Shown piece by piece: positions 1 through 11,849 of a DNA stretch of 64,000 nucleotides. Below the pieces are notes generated by a model. The model had not been told where the DNA came from, did no database searches, and was given only the letters and a program-made list of their open reading frames with translations. How positions within the stretch are numbered: position 1 is the stretch's first letter; each line of letters begins with the position of its first letter. The DNA lies in assembly GCA_000002445.1 (NCBI GenBank), contig CP000071.1:32001-96000 (forward strand), in the 5' to 3' direction. A program made the translations under genes and the position numbers. The DNA comes from Trypanosoma brucei (Eukaryota).

Positions 1-271
1 TAGAGAGAGTCTGTTAATCAAAGACTGATCTTTATGTGGCTAGAGCTAACTTTGAGAACAAAAAAATTGATGCCCGGCGGAATGTAAGCTGTCATTACTT
101 AGTGTACACCATTAAGCAGTTAAATCATATCAACAAAAAGTCATTACTTAAATTTGTAAACACTTTTTACCCTACTAGACATCTTAACTGCTTCCACTGA
201 CTTCTTTTCTTAATGTTTTATGTAATTTTCTAACTGATAATAAGCTCGTCTTAGTATGACAATAAAGTCTT

Positions 272-1310
272 ATGAAGTGTATAGGAAGTATTTATCCAAT
301 AATAGGTTGTCTACCGTTTATTATTATGACTATTAATATACTCGTGTCGTTATACAGCCTGTTTGGTGAAGGCGAATACGTTTCACTTGAAATTGTAGAA
401 AATGAGTATATGAGATTTGTCTCCACTGATGTGAGGAGTATTTGGAAAGCCAAAGATTATTTGGTTGTAGCTGGAATACCTTCAATAGATAATGATGAAA
501 GATTTAGAAGGAGAAACTTACAGAGAGAAACGTGTTGGAGTTATCCTGAAGTTGCCCGACAGCCAAATAATTTCAGTGGAAAGTTGCTTATAGTATATGC
601 ACTTTCAGCACATACAAATAACAGTTGTGAGCTCAGACAAATTGTTGGAAAAGAGGCGGAGTTATATCAGAATGTTATTATTTTACCTGTTTGCGATGTG
701 AATCTAACAACGACTAAAAAAATTGGAGATGAAGGCAATTGGGGCTGGGAGGCAGAACTCACGATGAGTAGAAAAACATATTTGTGGTTTAAATTCGCAG
801 TAGAGATATTTAAACCAAGTAATCCCTATATAATGAAAGCAGATGATGACATATTTATGAGGGTGCCGTTGTATCTGCAGTATCTCGAAATATTGCCACG
901 AGAGAAATTAAATATGGGAAGGCCACTAGGTGAACTTGACGAGTCTGTTGGTAAACTGACGTGGTATGTTGTTGGCTACGCCAATACGCTTTCAAGAGAT
1001 GTCGTAAAAGAAATAGTTGGCTTTTCTGAAATTTTCAAACTGTTAAGCAGAAAGATCAGTTTTCGAAACTTTGACAAATATATTAAATATGCCGCATTGA
1101 ACGAGGATATTATGGTGGGGGAGGTATTAAGGCACAAAATGAAACTTGAAGGTTTATTAACTGTGGATATCCAAGAATGTCACTATGTGATGCACGTGAA
1201 AAGACCATTACATAAATTTGTAAGAGAGAATCCTAATCTTATTGTTTTCCACCACATTGCTGAAGGGGAATACATATGGTTAATGAAAATATTTGAGAAT
1301 ACAACGGCAG
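272..1310 (+). CDS. beta-1,3-glycosyltransferase family protein (T. brucei GT67-like UDP-Gal/UDP-GlcNAc-dependent glycosyltransferase), catalytic portion; part of chimeric 472-aa ORF 272..1690
   Basis: ORF track 272..1690 gives N-terminal TM (IIGCLPFIIMTINILVSLYSLF), beta3GT motifs DERFRRRNLQRETCW, DxD motif KADDDIFMRVP and EDxxxG motif NEDIMVGEV. After about codon 345 the ORF switches to VSG-like sequence, so likely truncated or chimeric. Confidence 0.55.
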
Positions 1311-1329
1311 AACAAATATCTGGGCCAGC

Positions 1330-3078
1330 ACAAAAAAAGGATAACGCGATTCTGGCAGGAGTTCAGCTGCCGGCCGCTGATGGCGGCAGCTGGACAGGCA
1401 GCCAGGAAAACGGTACAACCCTAACACGTTGCAGGCTGAGAAACTCAAACGCGGCAAGCTTTCACAACGAAACGGCGCTAGCCATTTGCAATATTTTTGA
1501 AGAACAACAATTAGTTGACATGTGGATGCGCCCGAACCAATTCGGACCGATGGCATTGCTCTTGCTGTCTCTAGCAACAAAGCACGCAACAGCAAACCTT
1601 GCGGACGGCGTCAACAGACGAGAGCGTGCTGCCCTTTGTGTTTTTGTATCGATGGCGGGGTCAACAGTGGAGGTACCGGAAGTACCCTAACTAAAATCCG
1701 AAGACTATAAATTAATTCAAGCACTCAACCTCAGCACAGCACCTGATGACTGGAAAAATATGTTTTACACAGACGCCTCAAAAGGGAAAACTCATTCAAC
1801 ACCAACAGAAGCTGGCAAGGCCACAGCGGGATATGCTGACTACTTGGGGGACTGGCTGGAAGTCGCCAAAGAGGTCGCTGCAAAGCCTTTGGCAGGAAAA
1901 CTGGCGACCCTGAAAGCGGCCGAGCTAACCGGCGTGCAGAAACAACTGGCGTCGCTAAAAATGCAGCAAATCGCAGCACGAGCGATGGCAATCAAAACGG
2001 CATTCCCAAAACTCTCGAGCAGCGCGGCGACCCTAACTTCGGAAACCGCACTAAAGAAAATAAAAAAAGCAGCTTTCGGCAGCGATAAACTAACGGCAAA
2101 AACAGCAACGAGCGACGCAGCTTTCGGAGGCGACACGGGGTCAGAATCGAGGGCAACGGTGTGCGAAGCGGCCACAGGCGCAAAGAAGGCGGCGACCGCT
2201 ACGGCGGCTCTAGTATGCTTATGCTTAAAGCCCACAGGAGGCGCCGAGAACGGGCCAACCAACGGCGCTTGCACCAAAAAAGGGGCAGGATCAACGGGAT
2301 GGCAGTCAAGTACATCCAAGGCGCCGGACAACGACATCAAGGAGCTAACGCAAACATGCCCCATAACAACCGCACAACCGGTCCGAAGCACCCACCTGAA
2401 AGCAGCACTAGCAGCTCTAAACGACCTCATACACTCCGACAACACCGACGGCTATCTAGGCGCACGGCTAAGCTGGGACTGAAACGGAAGCTCAGGCAAC
2501 GGCATATGTGTGAAATTCACCGGCTACAACGCAGCTGGCAGCACAGCATTCGCCAAGCTACCATCGTAGGTGAACGACAACAGCTAGCAAAGGACCTGGA
2601 AGAAAGAGAAACCAAAAAAGCACTGGCCGACCACCTGAATTCTCTAATAAATCTCGAGGCAAAGGCGGCAGAAGAGACAATAAAGTTGAGCGGCGCCGAA
2701 GCAAAGCTGAATGGACCGCTGCCGGCAGGGCTGCCCACCAAAGTGCCACCCATAACTACAGTAACATGCGAGGTGCACAATAAGTCCAAAACAAAGTGCT
2801 TAGAAGCGCAGTGCAAATGGGGAGGTAAAAAGGATGATGACGGCCCATGCCAAGCTAGCGAGAAACAAGTTTCAGAGCAGACAAAGCAAGGTGGAAGAGA
2901 TACAACAACAGGTGGAGATGTCAAGAAAGAGGAGAAATGTACTGGTAAAGACGAGAAAACATGCGGCGGCACTCAGGGCTGCAAATGGGAAGGAAAAGAA
3001 TGCAAAGATTTCAGTCTTCTTGTAAATAACAAAATTTCTATTATTGTTTCTGTTTCGGTGAGTTTGGTAGCATTTTAG
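1330..3078 (+). pseudogene. VSG: VSG pseudogene assembled from fragments (internal VSG fragment 1330..1720, then 5'-truncated VSG 1760..3078 with frameshifts near 2480 and 2570)
   Basis: B-type motifs ALCVF/CLCLKPTGG, GICVKFTGYNAAGS, and C-terminal domain ...CKWEGKECKDFSLLVNNKISIIVSVSVSLVAF* (23-aa GPI signal class) at 2990..3078. Reading frame changes three times. Confidence 0.8.
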
Positions 3079-3131
3079 CATATTGAGGATATTTGCTCAA
3101 TTTTATGAAAACTTTCTATTTTAAGATAATT

Positions 3132-3147
3132 TGATATGTTTTAATAC
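3132..3147 (+). promoter_or_regulatory. VSG 3'UTR 16-mer variant (TGATATGTTTTAATAC, 14/16)
   Basis: Located about 55 nt after the VSG stop at 3078, matching the conserved VSG mRNA 3'UTR element TGATATATTTTAACAC. Confidence 0.5.
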
Positions 3148-3287
3148 TTCTTAGTGAAAATGTACAAATTATTTAAAATCTGAACTTTGGTGTGAAACTG
3201 CCTTATGGGTAATAATTGAAGTTTAATATGATATGAAAATTTTATTTTTTGCTTATTTTACTTTTTTGTTAATTTTATGGATAATTG

Positions 3288-3362
3288 TTAGATTAATAAT
3301 AATAATAATGATAGGAGAGTGTTGTCAGTGTGTGAATATACTAATATTATAAAATGAGCAAT
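3288..3362 (+). repeat. 70-bp repeat (one copy) upstream of next VSG
   Basis: AATAATAATGATAGGAGAGTGTTGTCAGTGTGTGAATATACTAATATTATAAAATGAGCA matches the T. brucei VSG-upstream 70-bp repeat core. Confidence 0.8.
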
Positions 3363-4915
3363 GTAGCAGAGTGATTAGAGAGCAAAAATTAAAGAACTTT
3401 AAACAATAACAAGTGTGTTTAACAAGAGTAAGTGTAAGTAGGTTACTATGATAGATTGAGAGGAAAAGGAATATTATGAAAAGAAGAAGAGAAAGTTAGA
3501 GGGGTATGTAGAAGATGTGCAACTTCAAACACAAAACAATACGCCGGGTATCATTATATACACAGAGATGACGAAGTGGGTAATGAGGGAAATACAAAGT
3601 CCAGTGTGTAGAGGAAACAAAATCAATATACCATGAAAAAACGGTTTTAGAAAGCGGAATGTGAAAAGGTGCGGCATAGCGTATATGCTCGAAATAACTC
3701 ATTGAGGGATGTATAATTTAAATACAAGGCGCTATAATGAATGTAAATCAATCTGTTATAGAGAATTAAAGTGATAAAGGCCATGAAACTCATATAAAAG
3801 TACTTTTTGTGCTTCAAATTATCGAATTAAAAAATTATATCTAACACAATCATCTGATGCTTGCACAAAATTATGTGACAAACCGCTCAATAGTAGTAAA
3901 TTTAGAATTTTTAGCATCAAGCGAAAGAACACGTTAAAATAATAAAGAAATATAATCTCTATTGCACCACAAGGTATAGAAACGGTGATATTTACTGGCA
4001 TTAATACACCGAGTTTCATTTCCAGAGTTACTATATAAAAAAAGAAGATCATGTTTTATAGACTTAACTATACAAAGGTGTTAAAAGCGTTCGTAGATAT
4101 CTGAGTTGGTGAATTTGAAACAAGGTAACTTAACAATACTGGTGGATCCAATCTAGCAGTCAGAGCCCACTAAGGTCCAGATTTTTCTCATAAGCATTCA
4201 ATTCCATTAGAGCTTTTTTTATAGTTAATTGACAAAGAATTCGATAGGAGTGCAACCGTGCAGACAAAACACCATCGTTTAGATTGGAATCTAAAGGTGA
4301 AAAGCACACGAGAATAAGGCCAAAATTGGAGAAAACAAACCACCTAAAGAAAAAAAACGGACTCCAGCTTATCGATAGAGACTTTTTCCACGAATAGAAT
4401 CGCCATTGACTGAGAAGCTTTTAAGAAAGCACAGAGAAAAAACTATAAAGTAGGCAAGATAATCTCACAACGACAGGAAAGCAGAAAAGGAAGCGTGTTT
4501 CATGTGAAAATGAGTTTACCTATACTGAGGTTTGCACTGTGCATTGCTTGTCGTGCACTAGAAGTGTTCAAAAGAATACCAGAGGTGGGGGCATACGCAT
4601 ATACAGAATCCACAGCGAAGATGTTTCGTACGTCCTAAAGTAAGAATTAGCAGCGAACGGTAAGAAAGTAGTAAGGTAGCACAGCCGGCAATAATAGGAG
4701 CATTTTTTTGTTAAATTTTGCAGTGGTAGAAATGTAAAAAAATGCCATAACTGACTAGTAGGGTTTGTTCTTAGGTGTGCAATAAAGTATGCGACTCGGC
4801 CATAAGCATAATTCCAAAAATCGTTAACAACCACTTTCCATCTTCTTACCACACCGTTAACAAACACAACCCACAGCAAGACGCCAAAATACACCTGGAA
4901 GGTAGGCATAACTAT

Positions 4916-6437
4916 ATGAATTATTTTTGTATAGGTGTTCTGATTGCTTTTGCTACAGCAGCAGCCAGGGCCTGAAATGTCCACAACGGCCAAAACACAG
5001 AAGTTTTCGGAGCCTTATGCGAGCTAGCGCGCTTGTTACAAAACGCACCAGATGTTCCAGAGGCGCTCACAACCAAAACAGGAGACTACAAGGAGATAAT
5101 CAAGCGTAATATGAGCGTCGCCGATAGCTCATGGAAACAGTTATTCGCCGACAGCAAAACACCAGATCAATGGGCGACAGAAAAGCCAAAAAAAAGGCGC
5201 AGCACAGGCAGACTGGGACAAAATGTTGGACGACTGGAGCGAAGCCATTAAGAGCCTTGAGGACACTTCCGGGAAACCGAAAACCACGGAACAGCACTAC
5301 GCGCAGCTATAACCTGCCCAACTTCAGCTCGCCAAGGCTGAACTAGCCGTGATATCCAACACAGCAGTCGAGTTAGCCACAATAGCGAGAACAGCTGAAC
5401 CGACAAGCAGACTAATAAAATCGACAAATATCGCAACGGAGATGAAAAAACTCTTTGTCGGAGACAAATCAGCGACGGTAACGGGCGCAACGCGGGATCA
5501 GGTGTTCGGAGCCGGATCAGCTTCCATCAACTCACGAGAAACTGCGTGCAGCACAACGACGCCGAACGGCAAAATTCAAACATTGCTGGCGGCAATGAGC
5601 TGTATATGCCAAGGAGAGCAAAGTGGTCAAATTGACGACATTTGTTTCAATGGACAAACAGCCGCCAATGTTTGGGAAGACAATGGCGCGCCAAACAACA
5701 ACGCCGCAAAGGAAATAGCACAAAAATGCACCACAGACGATCACAAACAGAAAACTACACACCGGATGATACAGCGGACACTAAACAACATCGCCCGGCT
5801 CGTAACCACCAAATCCGGAAACACGTACCTCGGAGCATTCGAAACCAGCTGCGATGGTCAACAAGCCAACGGCAGGTGCATCAAATGGGCAAACAAAAAG
5901 CCACACGAAATATTTGCGGACCCGAAAACCCCATGGCTCAAAGACGTAGAGGAGCTCGCGGCAGCTCTAGAAGTACGCGAAAAACATAACAACCTCGTAA
6001 ACGACCGAAGTAAACAATTGGCCGTTCTGTTAGCGCGCGCCAGAGCTCTAGAAACCCCACGCAGCTTTGCAACAGCAATAGCACAAACAGCACAAGAAGC
6101 AGCCGGCAGCCAAGGAAAAGCGGAACAAAATAAGGCGGATACCTGCGCCGCCCATACAGCGAACTCGACCTGCACAAAAAAATAACCGCAAATGGGAAGG
6201 TGAGAATGAGACAAAAGGAACATGCAAACCAAAAGATGGAGAAAAGCAGAAAAACGCAACAGGAACAGGAGAAACACCAAATACCGAAGGGAAAAGGGGA
6301 TCCGATAAGAAAAACAAGAGGAGTGCAAATATACTGACTGAAAATTGGAGAGTGAAACTTGCAAATATTTCAGTTTCATCGTCAATAAGAACTTTTCTCT
6401 GATGGATGCTGCTTTTATGAGTTTTTTAGCATTTTAA
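4916..6437 (+). pseudogene. VSG: VSG pseudogene (signal peptide MNYFCIGVLIAFATAAARA, then stop/frameshift at 4973; further frameshifts near 5250-5350 and 6185)
   Basis: ORF pieces 4916..4975, 4976..5251 (NGQNTEVFGALCELARLL...), 5349..6185, and C-terminal ...CKYFSFIVNKNFSLMDAAFMSFLAF* ending at 6437. Confidence 0.8.
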
Positions 6438-6707
6438 GGACTTTAAGGATTTTAATAAACTTACGAAATTTATGGAAATTACTATGTTGTGAGTATTTGA
6501 TAAATTTTACTAAATTTTTAAAAATATTTAAATTTAAACACCACTTTATTAAAATTTTCAAATTAGCGAAATTTTTCAAAATTTGAAATATGGTATGATA
6601 GTGGCCTATGACTGAAGAGTTGTATGGTAAAAAAGTATGAAAAGAAAGCAACATTATAATTTTGTTTATTTAGTTTATTTTGTGGATATTAATTAGTGTT
6701 ATATTAT

Positions 6708-6840
6708 TTATAATAATGATAATGAAAGGAGAGTGTTGTGAGCGTGTATACACGAATATTATAATAAGAGCAGTATTGATATTAATTATGATAGTTATAG
6801 TTATAGTAATAGTGATGGAAGTGGGTGTTGTGGTTATCTT
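6708..6840 (+). repeat. 70-bp repeats (about 1.5 copies, second degenerate)
   Basis: ATAATGATAATGAAAGGAGAGTGTTGTGAGCGTGTATACACGAATATTATAATAAGAGCAG followed by a degenerate TGATAGTTATAGTTATAG... unit. Confidence 0.75.
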
Positions 6841-7036
6841 CTCATTAATATTATCAGGAGTATGCTGACGATAAACAATTTATGCCGAAATGAAAGCACT
6901 TAAGGCAAATGAGAGGGTGAAATGAGAGGAAGTAAATGAGTGGGATGATAAATATGAGAATGGCGGGCAAGTGGTATATTATTTAACGAAAAGCAGAGAA
7001 ACATGGAAAGAAAGAGAAAAGAGGAGATGAAAGACA

Positions 7037-7081
7037 GAAGATAGAAGATAGAAGATAGAAGATGGAAGATGGAAGATGGAA
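7037..7081 (+). repeat. 7-bp minisatellite (GAAGATA)x3(GAAGATG)x3
   Basis: Direct tandem heptamer visible in sequence. Confidence 0.7.
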
Positions 7082-9072
7082 AATAGGCAATATTATACAC
7101 AAATCTGACAATGTGAATTTTCAACACATGGAGATAATGGAAGGGAAACTCATTGAAAGACAGAGTGAAGCGTACAGGCTTAATAAAATCACCACGGTAT
7201 CTGTAGAAACAGTGAAATGATAAGGAATGGAAGGAAGAAAAGTACGTAATGAAACAACAAAATGCATGCCGGACCAGCAAAAGATAAAATATTAAAAGAA
7301 AAGATTGTAGTTCATAATTAACGCAGAAATAGATAAGTGTAGCTGTAGTGATAATCATAGCTGCAACAGCAGTGGTCCGTAAAGTTATACAGATGGAGCT
7401 CTCATGCTTAAAATAGACTGTTGGAGCAGAAAACACAAAAAATGGTAAATTTATTCAAACATATGAGTATATCAGTACAACTAGATACCGCCAGAACCCT
7501 AAAAAATCATAAAGGGGAAATGTGAGTGCAAGAAAAACGGAAAGCACATATTTTGTGGCAATAATTATAGTTGAAGCTAAATTCTAAACAAAAAGTATAT
7601 GCGTGATGAAATATAAACTTTACACTCTGAGAATAAACAATTAAACTGCTACATAATAAAAATGTAAAGGTATTACTTATCTAAACAACTTAGTGGTGAA
7701 ATAGACTTCACACCTTATAGTGTTTATGCTTGTCCTACAACCCTCTCACCCATTTCATGGTAGATTAGGTCATTTATATTCCTAGTATGAGAATATTTCT
7801 GTTGAATTTTATATTACATTTAGTGCTTATAAGTTCAATATCACTTCCAGATGATGGAATAAATAACAAAGCAAATATGATATGTAATCACTCTAAAAAG
7901 CCCAAGAGTGTTTGTGGTTGTATTTCAATCTCATGTAACTCAAGGATGGTGTATTCTCATATTTAGTGTCAAACTAAGTAATGTTGAAATTATTACAATT
8001 GAAATGGGAGGTTTGTATAGCCATGTTAAGAGACCTAGATGGGTTATGGAATTTTTAGAAAGACAGAATGCAAGTGATGATGATGTTGTAATAACAGTTG
8101 ATGGATCTGATGTTATAGTTAGTGATGAAAGTAAGTATGACAAGGCGGTAAAATCTTTTATACAGAATAGTGCAGAGAATGATGAGCAGTTTAAAGGAGA
8201 GGATATAGTCAAAGAAAACATATTTCTTCTATTTTATTTATGACAACATCAGATTGTTATGCACCGCAGTTGGATTCACTTATGAACTCAGATCAAAAGG
8301 AGCATGTGCAGAAATGTTTTTGCTTTTTTAATGTGGGTTACAGAAATTAAGAGGATAAAAAATTACCTCATTTACTAAAATCACCTTCAAGTGGAAAACC
8401 TTATCTTAGTGGTGGCGGCTTGATAGCGCGAGTATTGGCGTTTAAGATATTTGAATATACATTTGGAGAGTTACTAAAGGGAAGTGGGAAGTGGTGGTCG
8501 GATCAAAGTATTTCTAAGCCTCTGTTAATATGGAGTGCAGTTGAGGCAAACGCTGTTAAGCAGAGATTTTTTTTGAGGTGAATAATGACTGGACTGGATT
8601 GAATTAGATTATGAGGAAAGATTCTTTTGTACTCCCAATAGTGGTGACTTTGGAAAGGCTCCATTCATTCATTTTCATTGAGAGCCGTTTGCATGACAGC
8701 AGAGAGCGGTATTGATTTTGAAAAATCTTACCTTGTATAAAGAAGTGGAGAAAAGAGAATTTGTAACAGGAGACTTGTGTAATATTTAAATTTATACTGT
8801 AGGTGGAAGGAATTTGGATTTGACATATGGAAATATTTGTTGTAATGCGTTCGTAAATGGTGGTTTGTTTGAGTATAAGAAGTTTTAATATAAATATGAC
8901 AGAATTGCCGATTCTTAAAACAGGAACAAATAGGAACTTAAGGTAAATAGAAAAAAAGGAAGATCTGTCTAGAAACAAATTGTCTCGCATCACAAGCCAT
9001 CACAATAAAAGCATTTTCATGGATATTCCCAGATTTAGTTCAAGAAAATAGAATTCTTAGCACCAAATAAGC

Positions 9073-10557
9073 ATGATTGGGGTGACAAAGCCGCTATTTC
9101 TGGTCATAGCTGCTCAACCATCAATGACAGCGGCCAACGGCAACGCCCCAGAGTTCAAAATCATGTACGAAATATACCAATTGGCGGCAAGTCGAGGAGA
9201 TATCACCACGATTAATTCCGACCCAAATGTTGAGTCAAATCTGAGGAGCTTAAAACCCTAAATTTAACGGTTGCAAGTGAAGCCTGGCTGGAAGATAAGG
9301 AAGGTGCACTTGCCGACAAAGACGGCACAAAGAAAGAAGATGCAAGGAAAGAGTGGCAAAAAGAAAAGCTCAAACTTGACAAGACTCCAGCCGATGGCAA
9401 AGAGCGCAAATTACGCAGGTTTCCAAACCACAGCAGTCGACCAGCGGCGGCTGCTGCAATCAAAAGAGCCTTGGAAGCCGCACTGAACTTAAAAGACCAG
9501 TACTACCTAATTTCGGCACGGCAAAAAGCCGCACCTTCAGAAATCAAAAAAGACCTAACTGATGCAGCATACGGCACCGGTAACGCCAAAATCAAAGGCA
9601 GTATCATGGTGGCATCTGCAAAAACTTACTGCGGCAGCACAACCGGCTGCGCCTCAACCAGGACAGGAATAGCCTATAACTTTCTCTGTCTCCACAGTTT
9701 AACTGACCGGCCGGCCACGGTGGAGTGCGCCCACGGCCTAACAGGCAACCATTTAAACGAGCAGCCCGGCGACAGTAACGCACAAACCGCACTCACAGCG
9801 ACCCTACAGAAATGCCCCAAGAATGTTGGCAAGAACGACCTGACAGCTTAACGAATTACAGCGGTCATCAGCGCGTTTCTTAGCCAGTTGGGACGGGCAA
9901 ACACATGCGAAGCAAAGACCCCAGTGAGTTATATCTACGGCAAGGCGCACAGCAACGGAAACTGCAACGCCAAATCCGGTCAAGGAAACTGCATAAACTA
10001 CAAGCAGCAACTCACAGGGAGCGGAACTGGGATACCGTGGATCAAGAAGCTCGAAGGCGCACAACAAAAGCTGTTAAATCAAGTAGAAGATGAGACCGCA
10101 ATGAGGACGATCGCAGCTAAAATTGAAACACTGACAACCACCGCGTGAAGGATACACGACCAAGCGCTGCTAACCCCGGATGTCGCCGCGACCACCAAGC
10201 CAAGCGCCACAGAACTCTCAACAAGAACAGAAACAGACGAAACTTGCGAAAAAAAGGCACAGGAGATAACTGCAAACCTCCATGCAAAGTTGTTGGGGAA
10301 GGTGACGCCGCAAAGTGCAAATTGTATAAGGAAGAAGTAAAAAAACAGGGAGAAAACCAAGCAAGAGAGAAAGATAGGAAACCTGACTGCAGTAAATTTA
10401 CCAACCACTAAGCCTTTGAGGATGTAAACAAGGATGGAAAAAAGGAAGGGATAGTGACCCTTACAACGATACAGTCAAGTACCGTGATTCCAGTTTACTC
10501 GTCAATAAGAAAATGGCTCTAATGGCTGCTGCTTGTGTGAGTTTGATAGAGTTCTAA
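9073..10557 (+). pseudogene. VSG: VSG pseudogene (at least 4 frameshifts)
   Basis: N-terminal signal plus AANGNAPEFKIMYEIYQLA (9073..9261); pieces 9271..9486, 9471..9851, 9888..10148, 10145..10411; C-terminal ...DSSLLVNKKMALMAAACVSLIEF* ending at 10557. Confidence 0.8.
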
Positions 10558-10835
10558 ATATTTTAGTATTCTAGGTTTTTTTTCTCATTTTTATGATATC
10601 TATTATATTTTTTTGAGAGAACTTTATATATTTACTAAACTTTGATATTTCTTAACAGTTTTTGATGCAAACGTGTTAAATAGTTAATTTTTTAAATTAT
10701 AAAATGATTAATATTGAAAGTTAAGTAAAATATGAATGATAATGGCCAATAGGCGTAAACTACGAGGGTGAGAGGGTGCGAAAACGTTACTATTTAAATT
10801 TTTATACTTTTTTGTTAATGAATACTAGTGGTTAT

Positions 10836-10900
10836 GATAATAATAATAGGAAAGTGTTGTGAGTGTGTATATATACGAATATTATAATAAGAGTGGTTGT
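10836..10900 (+). repeat. 70-bp repeat (one copy)
   Basis: GATAATAATAATAGGAAAGTGTTGTGAGTGTGTATATATACGAATATTATAATAAGAG. Confidence 0.8.
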
Positions 10901-11849
10901 GAAGATTAAATGAAAAGAAAAAGTAGAAACACTTTAAAAAATAGTAAGGGTGGTATGTGAGTAAGTGAGTGAAAAAGAATTAGTATGAACAAACAAGAAT
11001 ATTATTATGAAAGAAAATGCAGATAGGGGAAGGCAGGGGAAAGGATATGGAACATGTGCAGTGTCAAACAAAAACATGAATATGGTAATCAGTACAAAAG
11101 AAGAAGTCTTATGGAGCAATGATGGAGGGAGAAAGTTCAGTGTAGTGGACAAATGGGATATATGTGTTATCTGTAGGAGCAAAAAGTAAATACAAAAGAA
11201 AGAACCTACGCAGTGAAGCAACTGGATACGGAAAGGCGGGGCACAGGGAGGCAAAATGCAGCCGATTATGATGCACCGTATATAACGCGAAATTGGATGG
11301 ATGTACAAGCGAAGATGCTGGTCGAAACTGGAACTTTTTAATCTGATGGCGTATCCAAATGTCAAGGAGTAAGTTCAGTAGAAAATTAACCATAGAATTA
11401 ATTTTTTGGGGGGATGTAGTGACAATAAGAAAAGGATAGAGAAGATTTTGTAGATGAGAAGTGAAGATTTAAGAAATTTTTAAATCTTGCTTTTACCGTA
11501 TCTATTATCATAATCTCGCGGAGAGGAAGTCTGTAATTAGCAGCGGAGAACAGACACAGGGTCACAAAACTTTACCACAACGGGTATCCGCGGCATAAAA
11601 ATATAGTCACACTACCCTTTGCGCCATCCAGAGATGCTATGCAACCCTTGACGAAGCTGCAACCGCACCACTTAACATCAAATCCAAGACAGCAATGCAC
11701 TACATAACCACCACAGCCTCTTTTTTTTTGAAAAAAGCCAAGCTGCAGGCGTCTTTGAAAAGCATTTTTACTTCTTTGTGGAACTTCACAATAACTAAAA
11801 CGGATAACAGCCACGGGCAGCGAATAGTATAATAGAAGAGCTAACCGCG

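Noticed and set aside
1840..2445. Long minus-strand ORFs antisense to VSG coding regions (e.g. 1840..2445, 12275..13009, 15090..15704, 34287..34999, 59245..59838)
   Set aside because: They overlap + strand VSG sequence with clear VSG homology. Ala/Lys/Thr-rich GC-biased VSG coding sequence is stop-poor on the antisense strand. The translations lack protein-like features.
3360..4900. Several small minus-strand ORFs (3496..3702, 3819..4052, 4568..4993) in the spacer between 70-bp repeat and VSG
   Set aside because: Low-complexity hydrophobic translations in AT-rich spacer with no homology signal. Typical random ORFs.
6415..6868. ORFs within VSG 3'UTR and 70-bp repeat (6415..6654 minus, 6680..6868 plus); similar ones at 13576..13818 and 57236..57556
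   Set aside because: They lie entirely in AT-rich UTR or repeat sequence. Their translations (poly-I/N/Y) are repeat artefacts.
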